A DNA stretch of 64,000 nucleotides from a virus. A program made the position numbers and the translations under genes. Location: positions 1-64,000 of IMG/VR virus record IMGVR_UViG_3300027841_000073; one strand, 5' to 3'. The notes below the pieces were generated by a model. That model was not told the DNA's origin. It searched no databases and saw only the letters and a program-made list of their open reading frames with translations. This document shows, piece after piece, positions 10,171 through 21,163 of the stretch. Numbering within the stretch: position 1 is the stretch's first letter; the number at the start of each line of letters is the position of its first letter.

Positions 10171-10656
10171 TTATAATTCACCGGCAATAACAAACTCTAA
10201 TTGAGAACTATGATTACCACTTTCTGAATTACCACTATAATTTAAAGCCCCTTGTGGAAAAACTAAATACCCTTTTATTTCTAATATCGCATTTCTATTT
10301 TTTAATTTAGCAATATGCAATTCTCTTACAGCTTTATCCAATGTTAATGCATAATATCCATTACCACTTATCTCTTTTACCCATTGCTTAATCCAATTTT
10401 GAACATTTAAATTTATGTCATCAATAAAATTCAATGTTATTACTTTTAAAGCACTTGTTTTTTCTGGTACAGCAAAAGGTAAAGAAGGTGTTTCAAAAGT
10501 TTTACTTTGAAAAGCATATATAGGTTCTTCAACAGTAGTAGCAGGGAACCACTCTTTAAATGGGTAAGGTGCTGATGGGATTTTTATATCCCATAACCAA
10601 CTTTTACTCCATTCAATCTTACGTAAATCTTCAACATTTTTAAGCCAGATTCCCAT
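10171..10656 (-). CDS. Tail tube-like protein 2
   Basis: Paralog-like pattern to the upstream tube gene (LR.I.W...W; ITLNFID...WIKQW). Confidence 0.6.
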   Translation of the reverse strand: MGIWLKNVEDLRKIEWSKSWLWDIKIPSAPYPFKEWFPATTVEEPIYAFQSKTFETPSLPFAVPEKTSALKVITLNFIDDINLNVQNWIKQWVKEISGNGYYALTLDKAVRELHIAKLKNRNAILEIKGYLVFPQGALNYSGNSESGNHSSQLEFVIAGEL

Positions 10657-11225
10657 TAAAAATTATTTACTCCAAAAGCATCACGATTAGTAATTGAGTA
10701 TTCATTAAAATAATCATACTTCAAAGTGAATACTGGTTTTTGTGGATCAGCTTCATTTCCAAGTTCCGCACCCGGATCACCTAATTCCATTAAAACACCA
10801 ATTAACTTATAACCCCATCTTGCTTTATCAACATTATCAAGTAATGTAATTGTTAATTCAGCCTCTAGTAAATCTTTATCAGCGGTTGTACCTTCACCAC
10901 CGTTTTCTGTACGCCAAATATGCTCACGCCAATCATGTTGAAAACTGATAACTTTATTATTAACTGTTTCGAAGCATGTTAAAGTAATGGTATCATCATA
11001 TTCCCCTTTACCATGCTGGTTTACTCTACTACCTCTAATTCCAATTTGAGTCATGGCAACAGTTAATTTGGGAGTACCAATACTTTCAGCACGAAAATTT
11101 ATATCCTCTGAATTATAGTTTCCACCTAAAACAGCGGGTAATTTAGTGAATTGAACTGCCCATCTATGCAGTTGTGTAAACTGCCCTAAACTTCTAATGT
11201 TTTCAACAGTAGGTCTTAAAGCCAT
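10656..11225 (-). CDS. Tail tube protein (gp19-like)
   Basis: Directly after the sheath gene; FRAESIGTP...ITLTCFET...W...LLDN...FTLKYDY pattern. Confidence 0.75.
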   Translation of the reverse strand: MALRPTVENIRSLGQFTQLHRWAVQFTKLPAVLGGNYNSEDINFRAESIGTPKLTVAMTQIGIRGSRVNQHGKGEYDDTITLTCFETVNNKVISFQHDWREHIWRTENGGEGTTADKDLLEAELTITLLDNVDKARWGYKLIGVLMELGDPGAELGNEADPQKPVFTLKYDYFNEYSITNRDAFGVNNF

Positions 11226-11244
11226 ATTATTCCTCCTTGTTTTT

Positions 11245-11274
11245 AAGGCTTGCGTATATTACAACGCAAGCCTT
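11245..11274. promoter_or_regulatory. Perfect 11-bp hairpin between the sheath and tube genes
   Basis: aaggcttgcgt (11245-11255) pairs with acgcaagcctt (11264-11274). Could be a terminator, attenuator or mRNA-stabilising stem. Confidence 0.6.
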
Positions 11275-11286
11275 TTAATTTTTATA

Positions 11287-14200
11287 TCAACCCAATGATA
11301 ATGATGCACCAGTACGAGTAATAATAGTAGTAAAAGGAATTTCTTCAATAGACTTAGTAGGCTGAACAAACAACCATACATTAAGTCTATTTGCATCAAT
11401 ATCTTCATTACTATTATTTGCTTCATCACATTGTGCTCGGAAATCATATACCCCTAAACGTGATTTGATATTTTGCATATAGGAATTAATTCCTTGCTCA
11501 ATCAATTTACGGGTAGAAGCATCATTTTCAAAAGTATTCAAATCAAACAGGAAAGTATCAAGGAAAGCCGCAATAGCAGGTTCAATAACAATAAGTAGTA
11601 ATCTTACATTAATTCTATCATCCGAAGCAGGTATAGCTAATAAGGTTTTTTGTCCCCAAATTCTAATACCACGACCGGGATAGAAATCAATTGGATTAAT
11701 ACCATTGTCATAAAGTACATCTTGATCCCCTTCCAGATATTCACGGGCAACGCCAAGCACATTAAGTATGCCGCGTTTTTCACCGGCAGGTGGATACCAA
11801 ATTTCATAATTACTTGCAGTTTCAGAAATAGCACTACCAACATACCCATCAGGCGGAACATACATATCTCTTGCATTATATTTATCCGTAATAAGTAAAT
11901 GCGGAGTGTATAATGCCGCATATGAAGTATTTGCATTAAGTTCTTCTTTACGATATGCAACTACTTCATTGAGATAATCATTACTAATTTCATCTTCCAA
12001 AGGACAACTTAAAACAGCAAAGCAATCCTTACGTGTTTCACATAAAGTAATCAAACCTTGTTTTTGATAAGAAGGTGTAGCCCAACCACCATCAAGCAGC
12101 AAAGTAACTTGTGAAGCACGTTTATTATAAAATAAATCCAATGCTAATAATTGGTGTGCATCGCTTACGGTATCTCCATCACTACCATTAGCAAGTTGAA
12201 GAATTACGTCTTGATCCTTTGGCAGAATTGAAGAATCAATAGCGGTATTATTAATACCTCTAATGTAATTACTTCTTTGCAGTACAGTTTCAACATAAAT
12301 GGAATTACCATATCCATCTTTTGCATCTTTATCTCTACTGCAAAGATAAGCTGTTTCAGGCTGATAAACAGTACCATCACCTGTTTCAGTTTTCTTCCAT
12401 ACGTAAATAAGGAAAGCACCGGGAACTTTTACAGTATCCGCCGCTTCCTGTTGGCTTAATGTCCAATCTTCGGGATCACCATACGGATAGTGTAATGTAG
12501 TAATGTAAATATCCCTGTTCCAACGTCCTTGATTACTACCATAAATGAGTAAACATTTACGTTCAAGTCCAAGCAATTCTTGGTTTTCATAATTGAGAAT
12601 TGTATGAACTCCAGTACCAGAATCGTTGATTTGAATTGCAACACCTAATTTAGCGGCATTAATACTTGTCGCTAATTTGATTTGATTTGTTGTTGAAAGT
12701 TTAATTACGTAGTAATCCACACCAGAATTTAAACCGGCAGGAAGTGTACCAGTAGAGGTTAATCTAACATCATCAGTTGTTGCAATCCATTCATAGAAAG
12801 TAGCGGACACATTTAAAATGTCATTCGATAAATCACCATCTAAATCAGAAATAGATTCTTTCTCGGTAAAAGTAATTGTATGCACCCCTGTTCCTGTATT
12901 AATAATATCAATAGCAGAACCACCAATACTTCTTGCTAATTGAATTTCAGTACCAGTACCGGGGATAGTATAAAAACTAACGCCTACTCCATCACTACCT
13001 TGTTGCGTAACAACAATATCAAACCCTGTATCAACATCAGCGGCATCAGTACAATTACCAGTAGCAACAACTTCTACTTCAACAAGGGAACCAGTAGGAG
13101 AAGCACTAAAAGTAGTACCAGCGCCACCAACAGCATGAATGGCTGTTGCTACTTTTGTAGCTACTTGTGTAGCTGTTTCACCGGCAAGTAAAGCAACAGG
13201 GATAGGTGTTCCACCCGGAGCAGGATCAATACCCGTAGGATCAACACCTTGTGCAGAAACCGAAGTAGTAACAGGAGAAGTACCATCCGTTGCATCAGTA
13301 CAAGCACCCACCACAACATGAGTACAAGTAACAGTATTAGTACCACCCGCTGACGCACTAAATACAACACCCGCACCACCGACAGCATGTAAAGCTGTTG
13401 CAATTTTACCGGCAACATCAATAGCACTATCACCTGTAACAACATCAACAGGACCAATGGAAGTGCCACCGGGGGCAGGGTCAACACCAACACTATCCTT
13501 GGTAAACCACAAATAGTAAGATGTAGTAGTGGAATCTATGGTAAAGTATTCCCCACCTGCAAAAGTAGTAGCATCAGTACAAAGGATAGATGTAATTTCA
13601 TTTATAGCACCTACTGTAAACCAAACATAATAATTAACAAGTGTATCGGAAATATTAAAGTATTCACCACCTGCTAATGTACTTTCACCATAACAAGTAA
13701 TTTCAAAAAGTTCGGATAAAGCTAATCCTTTTGGCAATGTTCCTGTAGTCGTTAAATTGACAATGTTATTAAGTGTAACAGCATCAAAGAAATTAGCTGT
13801 TACTGTCAATTCATCGGTTACAGCATTAGCGGTAAAAGCAGATGTATCCGCTTTATCCATTAAAGTACCAACAACATCCGTACCCGGAGTAGATAATTCA
13901 ATATACACACCAAGATTTGCATTAACCAAACTATCAGCTAATTTAATTTGGCTTTCACCCACAACTTTTATAACGTAATAATCAGTAGCAGGAAGTAAAT
14001 CAGTTCCAGTAGCATCTTTAGGATAAACAGTAGCGGCAATCTGAATCCTATCCCCTGTTACTGACATATTATTAAATTCATCGGAACAAATAAAAGCATC
14101 CCTATCCATTAAAACAGTAAAAGCAGAACTAAGTCCAGTAAGTTTACCATCACTACTATCCAAATCATAAGAGGATGGGAGACTCATACCATATTCTACT

Positions 14201-14823
14201 TCACCGTTGGAATTAGTACCAATAAGATTTAATGTAGTATCTCCAGAACCATTATCGGTAAATTCTACATAAATACCATTTTCAGCATCTTCTTTACTGG
14301 CCGCCAATTGAATCTGTCTGTTTTCTTCATCAAAGACAATCACATAGTAAGTTGTCAATAATGATAAACCAGTAGGTAATACACCTGTAGTAGTCAATTG
14401 AATTTTTTCAGCGGTGGCTACCATATCAAAAAAGGTATCCGCTATTTCAATTTCTTCTGTTGTACCTGTTGGAAATGTCAATGTACTAGTACCAAAATCA
14501 GGTACAACAATTGCTAAAGATAAAGGGGTATCTTGAGCAAGGAAACAACCACCATAAAGAGGATTATTAGCAGAACGCACCATCCATACTTTATTTGTAT
14601 TTTGTGCTACTGCTAATGCAGAAAAATATGCTTCCGTATAATCCACTTTAATAGTTTGATCCGGGGTATAATACTTTAAAATATCAGCTTCCCCATTTAC
14701 TAATCTTTTAGTATTTACTTCCCCTTTAGCGAATGGGCCTATAATACCTACATACAAACCGGGAAATGAAGGAACTCTTGTATCAAGTTTCCATTCCCTA
14801 ATAATAACTTGCGCTCTTGCCAT
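11287..14823 (-). CDS. Contractile tail sheath protein with large inserted domains
   Basis: C-terminal sheath core: YAALYTPHL...VPPDG...WYPPAG.KRG...LYDNGINPI...IWGQKTL...RINVRLLL. Confidence 0.95.
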   Translation of the reverse strand: MARAQVIIREWKLDTRVPSFPGLYVGIIGPFAKGEVNTKRLVNGEADILKYYTPDQTIKVDYTEAYFSALAVAQNTNKVWMVRSANNPLYGGCFLAQDTPLSLAIVVPDFGTSTLTFPTGTTEEIEIADTFFDMVATAEKIQLTTTGVLPTGLSLLTTYYVIVFDEENRQIQLAASKEDAENGIYVEFTDNGSGDTTLNLIGTNSNGEVEYGMSLPSSYDLDSSDGKLTGLSSAFTVLMDRDAFICSDEFNNMSVTGDRIQIAATVYPKDATGTDLLPATDYYVIKVVGESQIKLADSLVNANLGVYIELSTPGTDVVGTLMDKADTSAFTANAVTDELTVTANFFDAVTLNNIVNLTTTGTLPKGLALSELFEITCYGESTLAGGEYFNISDTLVNYYVWFTVGAINEITSILCTDATTFAGGEYFTIDSTTTSYYLWFTKDSVGVDPAPGGTSIGPVDVVTGDSAIDVAGKIATALHAVGGAGVVFSASAGGTNTVTCTHVVVGACTDATDGTSPVTTSVSAQGVDPTGIDPAPGGTPIPVALLAGETATQVATKVATAIHAVGGAGTTFSASPTGSLVEVEVVATGNCTDAADVDTGFDIVVTQQGSDGVGVSFYTIPGTGTEIQLARSIGGSAIDIINTGTGVHTITFTEKESISDLDGDLSNDILNVSATFYEWIATTDDVRLTSTGTLPAGLNSGVDYYVIKLSTTNQIKLATSINAAKLGVAIQINDSGTGVHTILNYENQELLGLERKCLLIYGSNQGRWNRDIYITTLHYPYGDPEDWTLSQQEAADTVKVPGAFLIYVWKKTETGDGTVYQPETAYLCSRDKDAKDGYGNSIYVETVLQRSNYIRGINNTAIDSSILPKDQDVILQLANGSDGDTVSDAHQLLALDLFYNKRASQVTLLLDGGWATPSYQKQGLITLCETRKDCFAVLSCPLEDEISNDYLNEVVAYRKEELNANTSYAALYTPHLLITDKYNARDMYVPPDGYVGSAISETASNYEIWYPPAGEKRGILNVLGVAREYLEGDQDVLYDNGINPIDFYPGRGIRIWGQKTLLAIPASDDRINVRLLLIVIEPAIAAFLDTFLFDLNTFENDASTRKLIEQGINSYMQNIKSRLGVYDFRAQCDEANNSNEDIDANRLNVWLFVQPTKSIEEIPFTTIITRTGASLSLG

Positions 14824-14844
14824 TTTATGCCTCCATATTTTTGA

Positions 14845-15009
14845 TTAACGGATAATCTTAGCTTTAGTTAAATCCAAACCTTCAATTTTATTTTCTATAA
14901 ATTCCTTATTTGTTTTTTTGAAGGATGGTATAACAATCATTTTTCCTTCATACGTAAAACGAATCGGCCCATTAAATTTGTTTAAAATTGCTACCTTGTT
15001 CTCGTTCAT
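14845..15009 (-). CDS. Small protein (54 aa) upstream of the sheath gene
   Basis: Not in the track. MNENKVAILNKFNGPIRFTYEGKMIVIPSF..., with a strong AAGGAG SD. Confidence 0.65.
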   Translation of the reverse strand: MNENKVAILNKFNGPIRFTYEGKMIVIPSFKKTNKEFIENKIEGLDLTKAKIIR

Positions 15010-15044
15010 GTTTTTAATCTCCTTTTTGAAAATACATATACCTT

Positions 15045-18000
15045 TTATTGTTTGAATTTCTTTTCAAGTATATCTACTTTTAAGTTAAAATCCAATTCAT
15101 TTTTTATTACTATTTTATTTACTTTTAAAGTTTTAGTCAATTCTTTGCTTTCATTTTTGAATTCATTTACATTTTTCAATATATTTATTAATACTGAATC
15201 CTTCTTGAATTTATACATTTTCAATTCAGCAATGATACTTTTTATTACTTTTTCTTTCATTGCAGGTATCCATAATTCAATTACATCACCGATTAATACA
15301 GGAATAATATACAACTGATCCGTTATCCAATTTTTCCTATGTACTTGGTATATTTCTTTCCTGAACAGGATAGATGATCTAAGTATGGCATTTAAGGGCT
15401 TATTTATTTCTTCGAACAGTTCCATTAAAACATCTTTATTCTTTTCGGTCATTACAAATTTTTTACTTTTTAACAGCTTATAAAATAGTACTAATTTTGA
15501 TTTAGTAGCTATCGTTCTATACATTTCAAATTTATCGTAACCTAAAGGCTTTGCAAGTTTAAGTATTTCACTTTCACTATCAGGTTCATATTCTATACCT
15601 ATACCTAAATTACCTGCAAAAATTAAAGTCTTTAAATCAGTAGAAGATTGTAAAGATGGTTCTTTACTTTTCTTTATAAGTTTATCCGGGGTATCAATTG
15701 TAGGTGTAGGTTCAGTTATTTCATCCGCATATTTTTTACGCATTTTCATTAACCATCTATACATATCTATATGATGATTTTTTATTTTATTGGAAGGTCT
15801 ACCACCTTGTGTAAACCAAGTTTTTCTTTCTTCATCATAAATATATTCAGGTGTATCCAATTTTCTTTTACCATCTTGATAAATGGGATACACATTACCG
15901 TCATACTCCAATCTAAAATGATCAGGGAAAGTATCTTTAATAAAGTAGTATTCCCCAATATCTTTTTTGGATTTTTTTACTTTTTCTTTTAATTTATCCA
16001 ATATATCTTTTTTCAATACTTTTTTAGGTTCTACTTCTGGCTCTATTTCTGGTTCAACAGTTTTACTTTTCTTACCAAAATTAAAGCCTAATTCAGTTAA
16101 AGCCTTAATGAATTTTTTATAGGCTTTTGGATTTTTAGCTATATAGGAACTTGCTCTACCAGTAGGTGTAATAAAAGTACCATTAGAATAAACCAGTTTT
16201 AATTCTTCGGAATCGGTTCTCGGTAAATATTGATAAATTTCACCATTAGGATAAACATGGTAGTAAAGCATTATATTACCAGTAGGGTGTTTTACTTTCT
16301 TAAAAATTTTACCTTGATCTTTATCTTTACCTTCTTTTACTCTGGCTTTATTTACTTGTTCTTCTTTTTCTTTTAAATGTTCCGGTAAATCACCTTGGTA
16401 TCCTAAATTATAAAGTGCTTCCTCTATTTTTGATAAAAGTAAATCAAGTTTTGGCACTTTAGCTCTTGTAACTTTTTTACCAGTTTCTTTATCCCTGATG
16501 ACTCCAATTAATTTCTCTTTGTTGTACCTGTAAAACCAAGCAAAATCCTTGAACTCTTTTGCATCTTTATCCCATGTAGCTATATTACCTTTTATATCAA
16601 CCTTTGCTTTTAAACCCCCGATAGTAATAATAGCAGTTTTTAATTGTTTAATTTTCGATTTTTCAATTATTGGTTCTACTTTTTCTTTACCTTTACTCTT
16701 GAATTTATAACCCAATGTCTTTAATGCACGATCAAGTTTATCAAAAGCTTTATCATCCGTTTTAAAATAAATTTTACGGAATGTTTTTAACCCTAACCAA
16801 TCTGGTTCTTTATAAATGGCTAATAAACCACCATCATTTATTGTAAGTAATCTATCATCTACATTTAGTTTATGTAAATTATAAGCTACTTTATTTCCTT
16901 TTTGTTCTTTAACTACTGCGTATTCATTACTACCAATTTGTAATCTCACATAAGGTATACTAAATCCTGTTAAATCTTCATAATCTTTTTTAATTGCTTT
17001 ATCACCAACAACACCAATTTTTGTACCCGGTAAAGTTACCGTTTGCCCTTTTCTATCACCTTCCAGTATTTTTACTAATACGGTAAACTCCCCACTATCT
17101 ATCATATTACCAGTTTTATTTCCAAGTTCATCCAACTCCGGTTCTTTAATTTGTTTTATTTTAGTAATAATACCTTTACCAAATTCAGTAATACATTCAT
17201 ACATTATTAGTTTGGAATAATCATTATCAACTTCTTCTAAAACATCTTTTAAAACTCTACCATCTTCTTTTGGTATGTCTAAGCCTTCGGGCCATGGAAC
17301 TTCCATGGTATCCGTACCTTTCATAGTTTCGCCTGTTGTTTTTATTTCTACCCATTTAGTAGCATCGGGATCTTCATCATTTTTCTTTTGCCATTCATCA
17401 TTTTCCACTTTTCTAAAAGCCTGTAATGATCTTTCTTCTACTGCTTTAAAAGAAGACATAATTATTGTATAAGGTATATCATTACGAATTTCTTGTCCTG
17501 TTAATGGATCAATTTTTACAGGGTTCCTTAAAAAATCCAAGCTAGCTTTTAATTCAGGCAATTTTCTAAATTCTTCTGGTATTTGTTCCATAGTTATAAT
17601 ACCAGAAAGAACAGAATTTTTCTGCATGTTACGCATTACACGTCTTACTTTTAAAACATCAAGAGTCTTATCAACTAAAATCCAATCAATTGTTACTAAT
17701 TCTCTTTGTTTCTTTAATTCACCTGTTTCTTTATCTCTACCCGCAGGTCTATAAATTCGTGCTACTACTTGGTCAACAGCACCACTACTCCAAGGTATAT
17801 CCAACCTAATCATTCTACTTGCAACTTGTAAATTATGTCCTTCCGTTAGACTTTCATCGGACCCTACTAATATTTTTATATTAGCATCTTTTTTAAACCT
17901 TTCTAAATTTTTAACCATACCCCCGGAATAAACAATAGCCATTTTCTTATAATTATCAGGAAGCCCCTTCATTATATCTTGTAGTACTTTTCCTTTATAT

Positions 18001-20699
18001 CTTTGGAGTATCAATACTTTTTCATTAGGTGTTTTTGCAAAATGTTCATCAAGTATTTCTATAATCTTACTTAATTTTGGCGGACGTTTATCATTAATAG
18101 ATAATAAATTAGATAAAGGAGAAGTAGAAGGATCAATTAAAAATCTTTGTATAGGCTGTAATCTTGCTAAATACCAATCGTGAATTTCTTCATCCGGGTT
18201 TTCTTCCATATATCTATTAAGTTCTTCTTTATCTTCAGGGGAAGCCGACTCTAAACTATTTAAAGTTTTTTCTACAATATCATAATACACTTTCATTTGT
18301 GCTTCATTCATTTCAACCGAATGAAATTTATCTTCGATTTTTGGTAAAATCCAAAACCAATCTTTTCTACTATATGTTATATTACCTAATTGAGATATAT
18401 CCCTTAATACTTCTTCATAAGCACCATCTTTAAGAGTATTTGAATACCCCCCTCTTTTACCCGGAAGACAATATTTTTTTCTAAAATCTTTTTCATTACC
18501 TAAAACAGAAGGATCAAGAAAACCAATTTGTCCTACTAAATCCAAACCCCTTGTAGGGGCTAAAGTACCAGTAGCAATACGTCTAATTTTAATTCCAGAA
18601 CGTAAAGCGTAACAAGCTTGTGTTCTTTGGGAAGATTGTTTCTTTATTTTATGAGCTTCGTCAAGTCCAATATAATCCCATTTATAATTACTTAAAAAAT
18701 TGACATAGGGGAATACATGAGTATTAACACCACCTATTTTAAACTTATTTGATTTTTTAGTTATCCAACTATAAGTAGTAACGAATATGGTATTAGGAGG
18801 GGCAGAATTTATTTTAGCACCTAATACTTCATCTAATTTTTTAATAACATCATCATCACTAACATCTTTTGGGAATTTTCCTACCCAACTATCTTCCGTA
18901 TCACTACTTAGTATCATACAATTCATTTTCATTTTAGAAAAATTACGAATTTCATTAAACCAGTTAGTAGTTAAACTATCAGGTATAACCAACAAAGGTT
19001 TTAATATTTCCCCTTTACTTAATTTATTTACCATATCCGCCAAAAGCATGAGCGTCTTTCCCCCACCTGTGGCCACCGAAAGTATTGCAGTATCACCGGC
19101 AAGATTTAATTTGGAAATAGCTTCTGCTTGATGGGGAAAATAAGTTATACTTGGATCAAGATTATCAGGAACAACTGGTAAATCATCAATAGTAGCAGAA
19201 TTTAATTTTTCAATCTGTTCTTTAATTTCCGTTTCCAATGCACCTATTTTACCTACTAATTCTTCTCCTAATTTGAATATAGCAATAGTAGAATAACGAC
19301 GTAAAGGATCAGCTATTATTTTATACCCTTCTCTTGCATTTAAAAGTATATCGCTTGCGGCTTTAAATAATTTTCTTGCTTTATCTTCCCCTAAATACCT
19401 TTCAAAACGTAATATTAAATTTTGTAATGACTTAGCAGAATAAGCATTCATTACATTGTATTCATCTTCTGCTATTCCTGCTTTGGATAAAGCTATTTTA
19501 AATATTTCATCAAAACTTTTATTAATATCCAAAGTACCACGTTTCTGTAAAATGGAATCGTATTCGGCTTTGGCAGTATTATATTTTGCTCTATTAGTTA
19601 ATTCAATAGCCCCACTAATCAAAAATATAGAAGGTATGCCCTCTTTATTTACATAAGAAAGTAACCCTTGATCCACATTCCAATAAATGATGTCTGATTT
19701 AAATTCCAGTTTTTCTATGTCAAAAGTTTTAGTAGTAACATCATAAGAATCTTCAATTTGTTTCTCAATTATATTTCTTCTGTCAATTTTAGGTAAATAT
19801 ATAACAGCATTATTACGTAGCTTTACTATTATGTTGTCCAATTGATTTTTATTTTTAGTAGTAATTTTTTTGGGATTAAAGTAAGGTGTTAAACCTGTTT
19901 TATGTAATCCTTCTTTAGCCCATCCTACTAATGTTTGTGCAATTTTAAATTCTTTTATGGAACTGTTATCACATAATTCTAAAGTTTCAGAAGTATTAAA
20001 ATAAATAGTTATTTTTAAATCCACTAAACCTTGCGTTTGGGATTGAACCCCTTCATATTGAAGCTTATCTAATTCATTTAATAATTTTTCAGTATGGGGT
20101 TCCAATATTTCCATCATCCTACTTGCGGCGGCATCATCTTTAGCAGTAGAAGTCCATTCACGTTCATCTTCATTAAAAGTAAAAATTAGATTACCTTTTT
20201 TAGCTTTACCTCCTTCAGCTTTCTTGTAAATATTACCTTCTTTATCAAGATAGTACCTAATGTAATTCATTTCAAATGGATACAATCTTGATTTTCTTTT
20301 TTCCGCACCCGGTAAACCTAATGCTGTACTTCTTGAGGTAATATTAATATTTATATTTTTATAATTAATTGATCTTTCATCACCATCTAAAAATTGAGGA
20401 CCAGAATAAGAAATAATTTTTATAGGTTCCTTATTTATAAAGGAAACAATACAAGAATTATCATTTTTTATATCTATATTTTTTAAATCATACTCTACTT
20501 CCGCAAATTTTATCATGGCATTTGCGCCACCAAATTGTGCTACTATTTCTGGATTTACTTCTTTACTACCTTTTATTAAGAAAGAATTAAAAATCTTAGA
20601 CAAATTACTAGGTACTATTTTTTCAACAGTAGTTTCCTTTACAGGTTTAGCCCCCACAAATGTTCTTGCATAAGGTCTGATACCATTAATATTAAACAT
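15045..20699 (-). CDS. Large SNF2-family (SF2) helicase/ATPase
   Basis: FPHQ, ATGGGKT (Walker A), DEAHKIK, ATGT, EGHNLQ and QVVARIYR motifs. Confidence 0.9.
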   Translation of the reverse strand: MFNINGIRPYARTFVGAKPVKETTVEKIVPSNLSKIFNSFLIKGSKEVNPEIVAQFGGANAMIKFAEVEYDLKNIDIKNDNSCIVSFINKEPIKIISYSGPQFLDGDERSINYKNININITSRSTALGLPGAEKRKSRLYPFEMNYIRYYLDKEGNIYKKAEGGKAKKGNLIFTFNEDEREWTSTAKDDAAASRMMEILEPHTEKLLNELDKLQYEGVQSQTQGLVDLKITIYFNTSETLELCDNSSIKEFKIAQTLVGWAKEGLHKTGLTPYFNPKKITTKNKNQLDNIIVKLRNNAVIYLPKIDRRNIIEKQIEDSYDVTTKTFDIEKLEFKSDIIYWNVDQGLLSYVNKEGIPSIFLISGAIELTNRAKYNTAKAEYDSILQKRGTLDINKSFDEIFKIALSKAGIAEDEYNVMNAYSAKSLQNLILRFERYLGEDKARKLFKAASDILLNAREGYKIIADPLRRYSTIAIFKLGEELVGKIGALETEIKEQIEKLNSATIDDLPVVPDNLDPSITYFPHQAEAISKLNLAGDTAILSVATGGGKTLMLLADMVNKLSKGEILKPLLVIPDSLTTNWFNEIRNFSKMKMNCMILSSDTEDSWVGKFPKDVSDDDVIKKLDEVLGAKINSAPPNTIFVTTYSWITKKSNKFKIGGVNTHVFPYVNFLSNYKWDYIGLDEAHKIKKQSSQRTQACYALRSGIKIRRIATGTLAPTRGLDLVGQIGFLDPSVLGNEKDFRKKYCLPGKRGGYSNTLKDGAYEEVLRDISQLGNITYSRKDWFWILPKIEDKFHSVEMNEAQMKVYYDIVEKTLNSLESASPEDKEELNRYMEENPDEEIHDWYLARLQPIQRFLIDPSTSPLSNLLSINDKRPPKLSKIIEILDEHFAKTPNEKVLILQRYKGKVLQDIMKGLPDNYKKMAIVYSGGMVKNLERFKKDANIKILVGSDESLTEGHNLQVASRMIRLDIPWSSGAVDQVVARIYRPAGRDKETGELKKQRELVTIDWILVDKTLDVLKVRRVMRNMQKNSVLSGIITMEQIPEEFRKLPELKASLDFLRNPVKIDPLTGQEIRNDIPYTIIMSSFKAVEERSLQAFRKVENDEWQKKNDEDPDATKWVEIKTTGETMKGTDTMEVPWPEGLDIPKEDGRVLKDVLEEVDNDYSKLIMYECITEFGKGIITKIKQIKEPELDELGNKTGNMIDSGEFTVLVKILEGDRKGQTVTLPGTKIGVVGDKAIKKDYEDLTGFSIPYVRLQIGSNEYAVVKEQKGNKVAYNLHKLNVDDRLLTINDGGLLAIYKEPDWLGLKTFRKIYFKTDDKAFDKLDRALKTLGYKFKSKGKEKVEPIIEKSKIKQLKTAIITIGGLKAKVDIKGNIATWDKDAKEFKDFAWFYRYNKEKLIGVIRDKETGKKVTRAKVPKLDLLLSKIEEALYNLGYQGDLPEHLKEKEEQVNKARVKEGKDKDQGKIFKKVKHPTGNIMLYYHVYPNGEIYQYLPRTDSEELKLVYSNGTFITPTGRASSYIAKNPKAYKKFIKALTELGFNFGKKSKTVEPEIEPEVEPKKVLKKDILDKLKEKVKKSKKDIGEYYFIKDTFPDHFRLEYDGNVYPIYQDGKRKLDTPEYIYDEERKTWFTQGGRPSNKIKNHHIDMYRWLMKMRKKYADEITEPTPTIDTPDKLIKKSKEPSLQSSTDLKTLIFAGNLGIGIEYEPDSESEILKLAKPLGYDKFEMYRTIATKSKLVLFYKLLKSKKFVMTEKNKDVLMELFEEINKPLNAILRSSILFRKEIYQVHRKNWITDQLYIIPVLIGDVIELWIPAMKEKVIKSIIAELKMYKFKKDSVLINILKNVNEFKNESKELTKTLKVNKIVIKNELDFNLKVDILEKKFKQ

Positions 20700-20710
20700 G
20701 CTTTGCTCCT

Positions 20711-21163
20711 TTATAGAATAACGTCCTTTTTGAAAGGCTTTATTTTATTTTTTAAACAAATATCATAAAAATATACTATTGCTACTGCCCATTTAGCTTT
20801 AGTATTATTACCATAGGATTCCATTTTTGATTTTACTTTTTTTTGCTGTACTACTTTGTCCCATACAGGTCTAGCTTTATTGGTAATCCCTACTGGATAC
20901 AAACCTATATTAGGTTCCGCTATTCCTAAGATTCTATATAAAAATACATTGTCTATCGCCTGTTTATCCCCACTATAAGTCATTACATAATTTTTAAAAG
21001 TAGCAATTAGTCTCTTTATTCTGTTTTCAGTAGTATCATTTACATGCAATGTGTCAATGGTATTGCTTATTACTTTAAATTTGTTATATAGAAAATCTTT
21101 AGGGATATTGCTATAATAATTTGTTTCATTTATAGCTTTATCGAAAAAGGTATTCAATTTCAT
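20711..21163 (-). CDS. Hypothetical protein
   Basis: 150-aa ORF coupled within the operon. Confidence 0.6.
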   Translation of the reverse strand: MKLNTFFDKAINETNYYSNIPKDFLYNKFKVISNTIDTLHVNDTTENRIKRLIATFKNYVMTYSGDKQAIDNVFLYRILGIAEPNIGLYPVGITNKARPVWDKVVQQKKVKSKMESYGNNTKAKWAVAIVYFYDICLKNKIKPFKKDVIL

